DNA from: a virus
Lineage: Duplodnaviria; Heunggongvirae; Uroviricota; Caudoviricetes
Strand: one strand, 5' to 3'
Virus record (IMG/VR): IMGVR_UViG_2571042636_000008
Coordinates: 1 to 43,701 of that record
DNA: 43,701 nt
Shown: positions 8,790 through 17,759 of the stretch, one piece after another
How positions within the stretch are numbered: position 1 is the stretch's first letter
How the letters are laid out: each line of letters begins with the position of its first letter
Notes under the pieces: model-generated
What the model was told of the DNA's origin: nothing
What the model saw: the letters and a program-made list of their open reading frames with translations, nothing else
The model's database searches: none
Position numbers and translations under genes: made by a program

Positions 8790-9644
8790 ATGGCAAATAC
8801 TGCCGAAGTAATCAATTTCCCTGTGCCTGTCGTGGCACTACAGGAGCTGCGCGTGGCAGATCTCGACGATGGGTTTACGCGCATCGCCAATGAGCTCCTT
8901 GAAGCTGTCATGCGTGCGGGTCTGTCGCAGCATCAGCTTTTGGTGTTCATGGCTGTCATGCGCAAAACATACGGCTTCAACAAGAAATCTGACTGGGTCA
9001 GTAACGAGCAGCTCTCGGAGCTGACCGGCATTCTCCCGCATAAGTGCTCAGCTGCAAAAAGCGTCCTGGTTAAGCGGGGGATATTAACTCAAACCGGTCG
9101 TGTTATCGGGATTAATAAAACGGTCAGCGAATGGTCATCTTTACCCGTAAAAGGTAAAGAAAAAAAACCTTACCTGAAAAAGGTAACATTACCCGAATCA
9201 GGTAAGAAAAGTTTACCCGAATCAGGTAACGCCTATTACCCGAATCAGGTAAACACAAAAGACAAACATACAAAAGACAATAAAGACAATATTAATAACC
9301 CCCCTAAATCCCCCCGGGCGGTTTCGTTCGATGCGTTAGCTGTTCAGTTGCCTGACTGGCTTTCTGCAGAAATCTGGTCGTCATGGGTGGCATATCGTCG
9401 CGACCTGAAAAAGCCGATCAAGTCTCAGCAGACGGTCACCCAGGCTATCAACCTGCTGGACCGCTGCAGACTGAACGGTTACGCGCCCGAAGAAATTATC
9501 AACCGCAGCATCGCCAATGGCTGGCAAGGCCTGTTTGAGCCAAATGGTGCCAAGCCTCAACCAAGTCAACAGGTGCGAGTTGCCGAAAATTTCGCAGGGA
9601 AGGATTACGGGCAGACTGAAATCCCATCATGGGCGAGGGACTGA
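8790..9644 (+). CDS. Replication initiator, lambda O-like
   Basis: 284 aa in O position; in-gene iteron array followed by an A-rich stretch as in lambda ori. Confidence 0.75.
   Translation: MANTAEVINFPVPVVALQELRVADLDDGFTRIANELLEAVMRAGLSQHQLLVFMAVMRKTYGFNKKSDWVSNEQLSELTGILPHKCSAAKSVLVKRGILTQTGRVIGINKTVSEWSSLPVKGKEKKPYLKKVTLPESGKKSLPESGNAYYPNQVNTKDKHTKDNKDNINNPPKSPRAVSFDALAVQLPDWLSAEIWSSWVAYRRDLKKPIKSQQTVTQAINLLDRCRLNGYAPEEIINRSIANGWQGLFEPNGAKPQPSQQVRVAENFAGKDYGQTEIPSWARD
9141..9252. repeat. Replication-origin iterons (five ~17-bp TTACCCGAATCAGGTAA-type repeats) inside the O gene
   Basis: Copies at 9141-9157, 9170-9186, 9189-9205, 9213-9229, 9236-9252, followed by an A-rich tract 9253-9300. 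Confidence 0.75.
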
Positions 9645-9646
9645 TC

Positions 9647-10498
9647 ATGGAACTGGAAGAAAAAATCACTGCCATTGAGCGGATGCTTGATCAGCTGAGT
9701 AAGCCACCGGAAGACATCCCGAATTGCGAAGTGGTTATCGAGCGCGTCTGTTGCGAAAAGCATGGCGAATATGAGCAGCGCAAGCGGATCCTGACCAGCA
9801 GCATCATCAATCTGCCATCACCGCCGACACGCTGCCCGGGCTGCCTGGAAGACGAACTGAATTTTCTGAGGGATGAAAAGGTTCGCTGGGATAAGCGAGT
9901 ACGCCAGCAAACTGCAGAAAGGCTGCTTCGACAGCTGGACATACCAGAGCGCTTCTCCACGTGCACACTGGACAGCTACAAGCCTGTTGGGAAGGATTCT
10001 GAGCGAGCATTACGGGTCTGCCAGGCCTACGCATCGAAATGGACTGATCGCCTCCAGCAGGGCGGTGGGTTGGTTATGTGTGGCAAGCCTGGTACCGGTA
10101 AAAACCACCTTGCGCTGGCCATTGCCCGTCATGTGATTGAGCACCACCAAAGCTCAGTCATTTTCACGACGGCGCTGAAGATTGCCCGGGAGTTTAAATC
10201 GACCTGGTCAAAAACAGCCACGCGCACTGAGGATGAGGTGATCCGCTACTTCACGAAGCCAGACCTTCTGATTGTCGATGAGGTTGGTGTGCAGTTTGGC
10301 AGCGAAGCCGAGAAGATGATCATGTTTGAAATCATCAACACCCGCTACGAGCGCCTGAAGCCGACGATCCTGATCAGCAACCTGCCGAAGGATGAGCTGA
10401 CGCAGTTTATCGGCGAGCGCGTCATCGACCGCATGAACGACGGCGGCGGCTGCACGATTTCGTTTACCTGGGACAGCTATCGGGAGAACCGGTCATGA
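9647..10498 (+). CDS. DnaC/IstB-like AAA+ helicase loader
   Basis: Walker A GKPGTGKNHLA, Walker B LLIVDEVG; start at ATG 9647 (GAGGGA RBS) just after O stop. Confidence 0.85.
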   Translation: MELEEKITAIERMLDQLSKPPEDIPNCEVVIERVCCEKHGEYEQRKRILTSSIINLPSPPTRCPGCLEDELNFLRDEKVRWDKRVRQQTAERLLRQLDIPERFSTCTLDSYKPVGKDSERALRVCQAYASKWTDRLQQGGGLVMCGKPGTGKNHLALAIARHVIEHHQSSVIFTTALKIAREFKSTWSKTATRTEDEVIRYFTKPDLLIVDEVGVQFGSEAEKMIMFEIINTRYERLKPTILISNLPKDELTQFIGERVIDRMNDGGGCTISFTWDSYRENRS

Positions 10499-10788
10499 CA
10501 GGAAAAGACGCAATTCTGAACTACCTGAAAACGAATAAAACCTGCAGCTCTCCAGATGTCGCCGCGGCTTCCGGGATGACGCATACCTGCATCAACCAGG
10601 CTGCCAATATCCTGGCAAAGCAGGGGGTACTGGTAGCGGAAGCTCGGGTGTGGCGGACGGTTTACTACCGGCTGGCCACTGAAGAAGAAATTTCAGGCAG
10701 GAAGAGCACCAATCAGATTTTCAATGAGTGTCGGCAAAGCCCGGCGATGAAACGGGTACTGGCTGTTTACGGGAGAACATCAGCATGA
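10495..10788 (+). CDS. Hypothetical protein (nin-like region)
   Basis: 97-aa ORF, ATGA overlap with upstream gene. Confidence 0.5.
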   Translation: MTGKDAILNYLKTNKTCSSPDVAAASGMTHTCINQAANILAKQGVLVAEARVWRTVYYRLATEEEISGRKSTNQIFNECRQSPAMKRVLAVYGRTSA

Positions 10789-11231
10789 CTATCACATTAC
10801 AGGCAGTAAACGAGCTCATCGCCTCCCTTGAGAGCGCAGGCGAGCCGTCGATCAGAGAACAGAAGTTCCTGAAGCTGGCGAAAGAGTTCCGCATTTGCAG
10901 CGCTTCACTGGATGCCGCCATAAAAACCGGGAATATGCTGGCAGACCAAAATGCTCAGCTGGCTGCGGAGAATGTGGCGCTGAAGAATTTCTGCAAAAAC
11001 GCTGCATTTGATGCCGACTATGAAGCCGAACTTGGCATGGAAAGGGGCGGGTTTACTGACGCTCTCAACAATATCGAAACCCCCGCCACCGATCGCATCA
11101 TGGCCGAAGCCGAGGCGCGCGGAGTTGAGAAGGCCATCGCTCACCTGGATAAAAAGTTCAGCAATATCGGCGTGCAGATCATGAATTTGCAGTGGCTGGC
11201 AGACTCGCTGCGCGAGGGGGCCGGGAAATGA
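10785..11231 (+). CDS. Hypothetical protein
   Basis: Start set at ATG 10785 (MTITLQAV...), 4-nt overlap with previous stop. Confidence 0.5.
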   Translation: MTITLQAVNELIASLESAGEPSIREQKFLKLAKEFRICSASLDAAIKTGNMLADQNAQLAAENVALKNFCKNAAFDADYEAELGMERGGFTDALNNIETPATDRIMAEAEARGVEKAIAHLDKKFSNIGVQIMNLQWLADSLREGAGK

Positions 11232-11491
11232 GCATCGCTACTTATCTCAATACCGGTTTAGCCATTCTTGGATGGGCATACATCATGGTTAAAACAGGCC
11301 AGTGGATTACCAAAAATGCTCTGAGGCAGTGGGACAAGCGTCGTAAGGAATCTCGCCGCCAGAAAGCTGTGAATGAGTTTTATGACGCCTTTGAGCTTAA
11401 CAGCCTGGAACCTGGCTCTACCGTTCGCCTGGCCACTAAAGGCGACCTGACAATCATGATGTTCCGCAGCGAGGGAAAGGCCAATGACTGA
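11228..11491 (+). CDS. Hypothetical small membrane protein
   Basis: Start at ATG 11228 (MSIATYLNTGLAILGWAYIMV...), one hydrophobic helix; ATGA overlap. Confidence 0.45.
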   Translation: MSIATYLNTGLAILGWAYIMVKTGQWITKNALRQWDKRRKESRRQKAVNEFYDAFELNSLEPGSTVRLATKGDLTIMMFRSEGKAND

Positions 11492-11990
11492 TATCACCGA
11501 ACTGGCGCAGCGTATGAAGACTGCTGCTGAGAAACTTGACGCAGACCAATGGCAGACACGCAAGGGTTTTAGCGGTATTGAGGTAATCGTCAAAGGTAGC
11601 CTTGAAAAGGGACATGGCTGTGTGTCTTTCCAGCCTGTTGCTGCCGACATGGCTGACACAAAAACAGCAAGAGCGATTGCGTTGTTTAGTCCTGCCAACG
11701 TCCTCGCGCTGGTAGAGGCGCTGGAGAAGGCGCAGAAGCAAACGACTGAAAGCGAAAACCGCGTTCGCAAGCAGAATCGCCACATCTGTGAGCTGTTCGA
11801 CGATAACACAGCACTGCGCCAGCGCATCGCCGAGCTGGAGTCCCGCACCGTGAAGCTGCCAAAGCTCAAAATGCTCGAAGACTATCTCGCCGAGGTAGCC
11901 ATTGAAGAGAGAAAACAGATTTTGGTCGGCGTGAAACTGGAGTTTCATCGTGCGCTGGCCGCCGCTGGCATCAAGGTGGAGGCTGAGTAG
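11484..11990 (+). CDS. Ead/Ea22-like protein
   Basis: 168 aa, GAGGGAAAGG RBS; resembles Ead/Ea22-like family from memory. Confidence 0.55.
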   Translation: MTDITELAQRMKTAAEKLDADQWQTRKGFSGIEVIVKGSLEKGHGCVSFQPVAADMADTKTARAIALFSPANVLALVEALEKAQKQTTESENRVRKQNRHICELFDDNTALRQRIAELESRTVKLPKLKMLEDYLAEVAIEERKQILVGVKLEFHRALAAAGIKVEAE

Positions 11991-12338
11991 ATGAAACCTG
12001 CAAAATTTACACCCATAGTCGTCGCGCCAGTAACTTTTGAAACAGTACGTGAGCGACTTTCGTACCTGGAAGGCTTGAATGCCAAAGGTGCTGGCACCGC
12101 AGTAAAGTCGCAGCAATTTGAAATAGCGTGTCTGCGTGAATTGCTGGTACGCCTGGAGTCCCGCGCCGTCACCGTGAAGCTGCCAGACATCATGCCACCA
12201 GAAGCGGCACCGGCTCATTACTGGGGCTCCGGTGAGTCAATGGCTTATGCGGATGGATACAACAAATCGGCTGCGGATTTAAAGACCTCTTTTGCTCAGG
12301 CCTGCTCTTCTGCTGGCGTTAACGTGGAGTTTGAATAA
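11991..12338 (+). CDS. Hypothetical protein sharing a short module with the preceding Ead/Ea22-like gene
   Basis: AAGGTGGAGG RBS; shares LESR(A)VTVKLP segment and about 27 bp of near-identical DNA with 11484..11990. Confidence 0.5.
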   Translation: MKPAKFTPIVVAPVTFETVRERLSYLEGLNAKGAGTAVKSQQFEIACLRELLVRLESRAVTVKLPDIMPPEAAPAHYWGSGESMAYADGYNKSAADLKTSFAQACSSAGVNVEFE

Positions 12339-12802
12339 TGGTCATCTCACCAATAACGCTGAAAGCGGCGCAGGAATTTATCGCCCAGCATCACCGGCAT
12401 AACAAACCGCCGCGCGGCCACAAATTCAGTATCGGGCTGAAAAACGCCGCGGGCGAACTAATCGGCGTTGCGACGGCCGGTCGCCCGGTAGCTCGTCACT
12501 TTGACGACGGCCTAACTCTGGAGGTAAATCGCACCTGCACCACTGGCGAGCGTAACGCTAACAGCGCTCTGTACGGAGCAATCTGGCGCGCTGCCCGCGC
12601 AATGGGCTATCTCCGCTGCATTACATACACCCAGGCTGATGAGTCCGGCGCGTCACTGCGTGCTGCTGGTTTCGTGCGCGTCAAAGAGTTACCGGCTCGC
12701 CCTGGCTGGGCTGCGTCAAGCCTGGCATTGAAAGATAAGCGTGACCCTGTTGGTAATGGCGGTGTGCCTCGTGTTTTGTGGGAAATCAGGAGAATGAAAT
12801 GA
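12338..12802 (+). CDS. Hypothetical protein, possibly GNAT-fold acetyltransferase-like
   Basis: 154 aa; strand/helix pattern with WRAARAMGY reminiscent of GNAT motif A (weak, unverified). Confidence 0.5.
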   Translation: MVISPITLKAAQEFIAQHHRHNKPPRGHKFSIGLKNAAGELIGVATAGRPVARHFDDGLTLEVNRTCTTGERNANSALYGAIWRAARAMGYLRCITYTQADESGASLRAAGFVRVKELPARPGWAASSLALKDKRDPVGNGGVPRVLWEIRRMK

Positions 12803-13578
12803 ATCACACACTGAGCGATTCACAGTTGGAAGAAATGATTAAATCGGCTGTTAATTCATTCGGCCCGCTACCGCCTGACGAAAAATTCTCACTACTTATT
12901 TCTGCGCTGCGTGAGCTACAGGAACGCCGCAAGGCCGCAATGGAGAGCAAGCCGGTGATACTTTACCGACAGGTAAATCCGGTGAACGGAATGAAGACGT
13001 ATTGGGCTGAGTTAGACCCTGAAGAATTTAGACATTTAAAAAAATACGCTGATGAAAATGCTGAATTCATGACGCTCTATCGCCACTCGCAGCCAGCGCC
13101 GGAATATCCGGAAACACTGCCATGCCCCGTATTGCTGGAGCCAGGGTTGCGCTTTGGTAAAGGCATTAAAACCAGCACCATGCTTGCCGCACTGTCGCGC
13201 AGGGCCGTATACGAATCAGACTTGGCGGCACTATCACCGGAAGAGAGGGTGGAGTTTCAGGCGGGAATTGAGGACGTAAAAGCGCTGATTGCGCAGCCAG
13301 TGCCGGTAGCTCCTGTTTGCACCTGCCCCAGCGGCGATGGTTCGCTGCGCTGGCCTTGTCCGGTACATCCTGGCAGATCTCCGGAAAATCCGGGTTGTTG
13401 GTGCCTCACATGCCGTCCTGTGGCCATTAACGATATGCGCTTTGTGGTGTGCCCTGATTGCGGGAATAAGAGATGCCCACGGGCAAATGACCATAGAAAC
13501 GCCTGCACGGGAAGTAATGAGACCGGCCAGGAAGGAAGCGCATATCCGGCCGCACCGCAGGAGGTGAAGGGTGAGTGA
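12799..13578 (+). CDS. Hypothetical protein with C-terminal Cys-rich (putative zinc-binding) domain
   Basis: Start ATG 12799 with AGGAG RBS; C-terminus CTCPSGDGSLRWPCPVHP...CWCLTCRP...CPDCGNKRCP. Confidence 0.55.
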   Translation: MNHTLSDSQLEEMIKSAVNSFGPLPPDEKFSLLISALRELQERRKAAMESKPVILYRQVNPVNGMKTYWAELDPEEFRHLKKYADENAEFMTLYRHSQPAPEYPETLPCPVLLEPGLRFGKGIKTSTMLAALSRRAVYESDLAALSPEERVEFQAGIEDVKALIAQPVPVAPVCTCPSGDGSLRWPCPVHPGRSPENPGCWCLTCRPVAINDMRFVVCPDCGNKRCPRANDHRNACTGSNETGQEGSAYPAAPQEVKGE

Positions 13579-13831
13579 CGTCAAAAGCAAAATCATGCAG
13601 GTAATGACAGAGGGTGCGGACCAGCAGAGACAATGGGCTCAGGGTGAATATCCCTTTCGCATGGCTACCTGGAATATCCGCTGCGCGATGGAGCGCAAAT
13701 TCCCCGGGATAGAGTGGAAGAGCGCAGACCTGCGCAAAGAACTGATCGAACTGGCGAAAGAGGGGCTGGTATCCAAATGCCCCCACGAGAGCCGCATTGG
13801 TCAAGCCGTCTGGCGTCTGGAGATGAAGTGA
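13571..13831 (+). CDS. Hypothetical protein
   Basis: 86-aa ORF with GTG start preceded by GGAGGTGAAGG. Confidence 0.45.
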   Translation: MSDVKSKIMQVMTEGADQQRQWAQGEYPFRMATWNIRCAMERKFPGIEWKSADLRKELIELAKEGLVSKCPHESRIGQAVWRLEMK

Positions 13832-14061
13832 TGAATTCACGCCAACGATACCGAATGAAATACCCTGGTTGGTTTGTAGAGGCTGTAAAGGATTTGCTGA
13901 GCCGGAGAATGCTGGAAGATATTGCATATGGCGTGGTTTGCTTACTGTTCCTCATCACGTTACCAGTGTCGCTGCCGATTATCACGGCAATCAGGATGTT
14001 GGTCACCAAGCGCAAACTGCGTAAAGAGTACGGACACGATGAGTTGATGAGGGACGACTGA
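13831..14061 (+). CDS. Hypothetical small membrane protein
   Basis: ATG 13831 overlapping previous stop; hydrophobic segment VVCLLFLITLPVSLPIITAI. Confidence 0.45.
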   Translation: MNSRQRYRMKYPGWFVEAVKDLLSRRMLEDIAYGVVCLLFLITLPVSLPIITAIRMLVTKRKLRKEYGHDELMRDD

Positions 14062-14117
14062 TGCCTAAATCCCCCGCAGAACGCAAAGCTGCGCACCCAT
14101 CCAGTTGATGATATATA

Positions 14118-14144
14118 ATCCCCTCCACAGCAGAGGGGATTTTT
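14118..14144 (+). terminator. Hairpin + T-tract, candidate internal terminator in the nin-like region
   Basis: ATCCCCTC-cacagca-GAGGGGAT followed by TTTTAT, ending at the next start codon. Confidence 0.45.
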
Positions 14145-14402
14145 ATGTCACAGTGGAACATCGCAGCCAAATCGAAAGGCGAGCAGGACAAGGTCAATGT
14201 TGACCTCGCAGCCTCCGGCGTCGCGTACAAAGAGCGGCTTAACCAACCAGTGATAGCGGAGCAGGTGGCCAGAGAGCAGCCTGAGCATCTGCGCGAGTAT
14301 TTCATGGAGCGCGTCCGCTACTACCGCGAGCAGAGCATCCAGCTACCCCGCGCATCCGATCCGCGCTATCTGGAAATGGCTGAGCAGAACGCCAAGAAAT
14401 AG
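14145..14402 (+). CDS. Hypothetical protein
   Basis: 85-aa ORF. Confidence 0.45.
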   Translation: MSQWNIAAKSKGEQDKVNVDLAASGVAYKERLNQPVIAEQVAREQPEHLREYFMERVRYYREQSIQLPRASDPRYLEMAEQNAKK

Positions 14403-14508
14403 CGATTTTCTCGTATATGCTCATTTTGCTTTTATCCCCGCGACGGGCGATAATTACTTAGTCAGTCTGGACAACTGACAACTTTACCCCGGCGCCAAGT
14501 GGGGACAC

Positions 14509-15105
14509 ATGGCGCAAACACTGCAATTTGAGAAGAGTTATCAAAACGTACTGATTCCCGCAGAGCCGGGAACCAGCGAATACCTGCAACTTATCCCCGT
14601 AGGGCAGCTGCTTTGCGGTGAGTTCCGCAAGCCCCGGAATTACGCATTCCACAAAAAGTTCTTCAAGCTTCTGACTCTCGGGTATCACTACTGGACGCCT
14701 TCCGGTGGTCTCATTGAGCCCGCGGAGCGTACCCTCATATCCGGTTTTATCGACTTTCTCTCATCCGACCTCGATCAGCGCGCTGCACTCCAGAACGCCG
14801 CGGAGATGTATCTCTCCTCGGTCGGTATATCCCGTTCCCGCGATATGGCGCTGCTGAAACACTTCGAATCCTTCCGCGAGTGGGCAACCATTCAGGCTGG
14901 CTTTTATGACGAATACCAGATGCCTGACGGCAGCCGTCGTCGTGTCGCAAAGTCGATCTCCTTCGCCAGCATGGACGACAGCCAGTTTAACGGCGTCTAC
15001 AAATCAGTGCTGAATGTGCTTTGGAACTACATTCTGCGTCGCAAGTTCCACTCGCCGGCTGAGGCTGAAAACGCCGCCAGTCAGCTGCTGAGCTTTGCGG
15101 GGTGA
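14509..15105 (+). CDS. nin-region protein (possibly DUF1367-like)
   Basis: 198-aa ORF; family assignment from memory only. Confidence 0.5.
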   Translation: MAQTLQFEKSYQNVLIPAEPGTSEYLQLIPVGQLLCGEFRKPRNYAFHKKFFKLLTLGYHYWTPSGGLIEPAERTLISGFIDFLSSDLDQRAALQNAAEMYLSSVGISRSRDMALLKHFESFREWATIQAGFYDEYQMPDGSRRRVAKSISFASMDDSQFNGVYKSVLNVLWNYILRRKFHSPAEAENAASQLLSFAG

Positions 15106-15311
15106 TGGCGATGAAATACTCATGGTTCCAGCATCCCGACTGCACAACCGAGCAGGCCGAACAGTTAGTGTCCAGATATCAGGCGCGAGGCATTGTCACA
15201 GAGAAAAGCCTTAACGCGGATTATCTGAGTTGGACGGTCAGCGCCCGGCTGCCGGTTTGTGTTCGCCCGGAGCATACTCCGCGATCACTTCGTCAACGTA
15301 TATGGGGGTGA
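15105..15311 (+). CDS. Hypothetical small protein
   Basis: ORF coupled to upstream stop (TGATG). Confidence 0.4.
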   Translation: MAMKYSWFQHPDCTTEQAEQLVSRYQARGIVTEKSLNADYLSWTVSARLPVCVRPEHTPRSLRQRIWG

Positions 15312-15313
15312 GC

Positions 15314-15604
15314 ATGGCCAATCTTCGTAAAGCAGCTCGCGGTCGTGAATGCCAGGTTCGCATCCCGGGCGTCTGCAACGGCAACCCTGAAACCACGGTA
15401 TTGGCCCATATCCGCATTGCTGGATTGTGCGGGACGGGGATTAAGCCGCCTGATCTGCTCGCCGCTATCGCCTGTTCATCCTGTCACGATGAAATAGACC
15501 GCCGCACGCGCCTGGTAGATGCGGAGTATGCGAAGGAGTGCGCGCTGGAGGGAATGGCCAGAACGCAGGTTATCTGGATGAAAGAGGGGTTGATAAAAGC
15601 ATGA
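15314..15604 (+). CDS. YbcO-like (DUF1364) putative nuclease
   Basis: [32 protein letters not shown]...[11 protein letters not shown] closely matches remembered DLP12 YbcO. Confidence 0.7.
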   Translation: MANLRKAARGRECQVRIPGVCNGNPETTVLAHIRIAGLCGTGIKPPDLLAAIACSSCHDEIDRRTRLVDAEYAKECALEGMARTQVIWMKEGLIKA

Positions 15605-15963
15605 ACCAATATCGCATTTCATTACCCTGGCCGCCAAGCAACAACCGCTACTACCGGCACAACCGGGGACGCACACACATCAGCGCGGAAGGGCAGGCAT
15701 ACCGCGACAGCGTCGCCAGAATCATCAAAGACTCGATGCTTGATATCGGCCTGGCCACGCCATTGAAAATCCGTATTGAGTGTCACATGCCGGATCGCCG
15801 GCGCCGTGACCTGGACAATCTGCAAAAGGCAGCATTCGACGCCCTGACGAAATCGGGTTTCTGGCTCGATGACCAGCAGGTTGACTACTACAGCGTGAAG
15901 AGAATGCCTGTCGTCAAAGGTGGGCGGCTTGAGCTAACCATTACCGAAATGGAGTCCGCATGA
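15601..15963 (+). CDS. rusA: Holliday junction resolvase RusA
   Basis: [29 protein letters not shown]...[18 protein letters not shown]...[11 protein letters not shown] matches RusA closely; ATGA overlap with upstream gene. Confidence 0.9.
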   Translation: MNQYRISLPWPPSNNRYYRHNRGRTHISAEGQAYRDSVARIIKDSMLDIGLATPLKIRIECHMPDRRRRDLDNLQKAAFDALTKSGFWLDDQQVDYYSVKRMPVVKGGRLELTITEMESA

Positions 15964-16100
15964 GCCGTGACGTTATCGAACGCATCCGCGACCGCTGGCA
16001 AAAGCTTCGCCTCCTGCGTAGCCGCGGCACCGTGCTGGTCGACTACAAAATATTACGCAATTTCGTCCGTATCTATAAGCGCCTGGGAGAAGCAGCATGA
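15960..16100 (+). CDS. Small basic ORF (46 aa) translationally coupled between rusA and Q
   Basis: ATG 15960 overlaps rusA stop (ATGA); its stop overlaps the Q start (ATGA); [46 protein letters not shown]; below the track's size cut-off. Confidence 0.35.
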   Translation: MSRDVIERIRDRWQKLRLLRSRGTVLVDYKILRNFVRIYKRLGEAA

Positions 16101-16786
16101 CAGCTCAATACTTGGAATTTGTTCGCCAGCAGCTGATAGTGGCCACCGCCGATCTGAGTGGTGCGACGAAAGGGCAACTGGTAGCTTTTGCAGAGAACGC
16201 GCAATTTACCGCTACGGCGCGCAGCCGTGGCCGGAAGAAGGTGTATAGCGAGGTGAAGCAAAAAATGGTTAACCCGGATGGACCGCCGATGAGCGGCAGC
16301 CAGTCCCGCGCTAAGGGTTCCTCAATCGCTCTCGTTCTGCCCGTTGAATACTCGACAGCCAGCTGGCGCCGCGCCCTCCTGTCGCTGGAAGACCACCAGA
16401 AATCCTGGTTGCTGTGGAACTACAGCGACAATATCCGCTTTGAGTATCAGGTAGCGATAACACAGTGGGCATGGGAAGAATTCCGTGATCAACTCGGCGC
16501 TAAGAAAGTGGCCGGCAAGACGATGGAGCGGCTGAAGAAACTGATATGGCTGGCGGCACAGGACGTGAAAGCAGAGCTGGCGGGTAAGTATGTATATCAG
16601 CACCAGGACCTTGCAGCCCTGTGTGGCGTTAAGCCTGATAACTGGTGCCATAACTACGCTGATTACTGGCGGGCTATGTGCGCCATTTTTAAGCGGCTTG
16701 ATAGCGACTCTCTTCTCTGTGCTGTGAGAACACGATCACAACAAAAAGCGACTTTTTCGCAGCAGGGTCTTGCAAAAGTCAATTAA
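16097..16786 (+). CDS. Late-gene antiterminator Q-like protein
   Basis: 229-aa ORF in Q position, followed by promoter/terminator-rich gap, tRNAs and lysis genes; family from memory. Confidence 0.7.
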   Translation: MTAQYLEFVRQQLIVATADLSGATKGQLVAFAENAQFTATARSRGRKKVYSEVKQKMVNPDGPPMSGSQSRAKGSSIALVLPVEYSTASWRRALLSLEDHQKSWLLWNYSDNIRFEYQVAITQWAWEEFRDQLGAKKVAGKTMERLKKLIWLAAQDVKAELAGKYVYQHQDLAALCGVKPDNWCHNYADYWRAMCAIFKRLDSDSLLCAVRTRSQQKATFSQQGLAKVN

Positions 16787-16874
16787 ATACGTCATATTTG
16801 AGTCTACTTTGATATGCTGCCTTAACTTTAAGTGGCGGCATGAAGATGATAGTCATATACCAGTTTGTAAAATT

Positions 16875-16902
16875 AGCCTCGGCAATCCGCCGGGGCTTTT
16901 TT
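16875..16902 (+). terminator. Rho-independent terminator (candidate tR' for the short PR' transcript)
   Basis: AGCCTCGGC-aatcc-GCCGGGGCT followed by TTTTTT. Confidence 0.55.
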
Positions 16903-17347
16903 ATGCCTGCGATCCGGTCAGGGCTCTTGGGTAGAGACGTGCTGCACGACACGTCAAAGCCCTTCCGCGCAGAGCCCTGAACCAGATTGAAGTTACTCAG
17001 CAATAAGAAAACTGCATGTCATCATTTGCTTATATCTTATTGACCAGAAAATTAACATGTTGTTAATCTATTCGTGTGGTGAATCCCCCTATGCGGAGGG
17101 GCGACCAGTCACTTACAGTGATCTGTAAATGCAGCGCGGGCCATGTCGACTGGGACATGCTCACCGGGAGGCACCCGGCACCATAATGCAATGCTACATA
17201 AGCTATTTGATAGTGGGGTTGCCGTTTCGGCTTCTCCAGCTATGTTTAAAAGGTAGTAACGGAAAACGAGCGCTCTCCTGGTAAATCGGAAGCTCGGACT
17301 ATTAGGTGCGCCTCGAACCGTTGAAGAATCAGTATTTCCTACCTTCT

Positions 17348-17374
17348 GCCCGCCCCTCTGAGCGGGCTTTTTTT
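17348..17374 (+). terminator. Rho-independent terminator
   Basis: GCCCGC-ccctctga-GCGGGC followed by TTTTTTT. Confidence 0.55.
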
Positions 17375-17407
17375 CGCCTAATTCAGGCAAAACCATAAAG
17401 CATTAAG

Positions 17408-17432
17408 GGCTGCGCTATTTCGCGGCCTTTTT
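17408..17432 (+). terminator. Rho-independent terminator immediately upstream of tRNA-Asn
   Basis: GGCTGCG-ctattt-CGCGGCC followed by TTTTT. Confidence 0.45.
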
Positions 17433-17439
17433 CATTTCA

Positions 17440-17514
17440 GGGTCAGAAGCACAGCGGTTGTGCGTTCGGCTGTTAACCGAATGGTCGAAGGTTCGAATCC
17501 TTCCTGTCCCGCCA
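17440..17514 (+). tRNA. tRNA-Asn (anticodon GTT), phage-encoded
   Basis: Hand-folded cloverleaf: D stem GCAC/GTGC, anticodon stem TTCGG/CCGAA with loop CTGTTAA, T arm GAAGG-TTCGAAT-CCTTC, 3' CCA; one T:T mismatch in acceptor stem and A at position 8. Confidence 0.6.
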
Positions 17515-17519
17515 AATTA

Positions 17520-17596
17520 GCGCCATTAGCTCAACCGGAGAGAGCAATAGCCTTCTAAGCTATCGGTTTCAGGTTCGAGTCCTGAATGGTGCACCA
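17520..17596 (+). tRNA. tRNA-Arg (anticodon TCT)
   Basis: Hand-folded cloverleaf: acceptor GCGCCAT/ATGGTGC, D stem GCTC/GAGC, anticodon loop CTTCTAA, T arm TCAGG-TTCGAGT-CCTGA, CCA; resembles E. coli argU from memory. Confidence 0.8.
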
Positions 17597-17730
17597 GATA
17601 ATGGCCTGACCTGATAACGGGTTCATACCCCAACTTATCAGGGGCGTTGCTGCAACAGCGTCACAGGCCGCCAGACCCAGCTAGGGTATTTTCGGTCATC
17701 ACCGACATTGCTATTACCCTCATGCTTATT

Positions 17731-17759
17731 GCCTGCCTAACCGCAGGCTTTTTTATTTT
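17731..17759 (+). terminator. Rho-independent terminator downstream of the tRNAs
   Basis: GCCTGC-ctaacc-GCAGGC followed by TTTTTTATTTT. Confidence 0.55.

Noticed and set aside
9141-9252. Possible CRISPR array (regular short repeats)
   Set aside because: Repeats are about 17 bp with irregular 3-12-bp spacing inside a replication initiator gene; iterons, not repeat-spacer units
11258-12218. Long minus-strand ORFs (11258..11869, 11454..12218) across the nin-like region
   Set aside because: Antisense to well-coupled plus-strand genes with good RBSs; typical shadow ORFs in GC-rich coding sequence
15967-16248. 93-aa ORF overlapping the Q start
   Set aside because: Out of frame with both the coupled small ORF 15960..16100 and the Q gene; Cys/Ser-rich low-information translation
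17109-17396. 95-aa minus-strand ORF in the Q-tRNA gap
   Set aside because: Spans two plus-strand terminators; no RBS; region more likely non-coding RNA/regulatory
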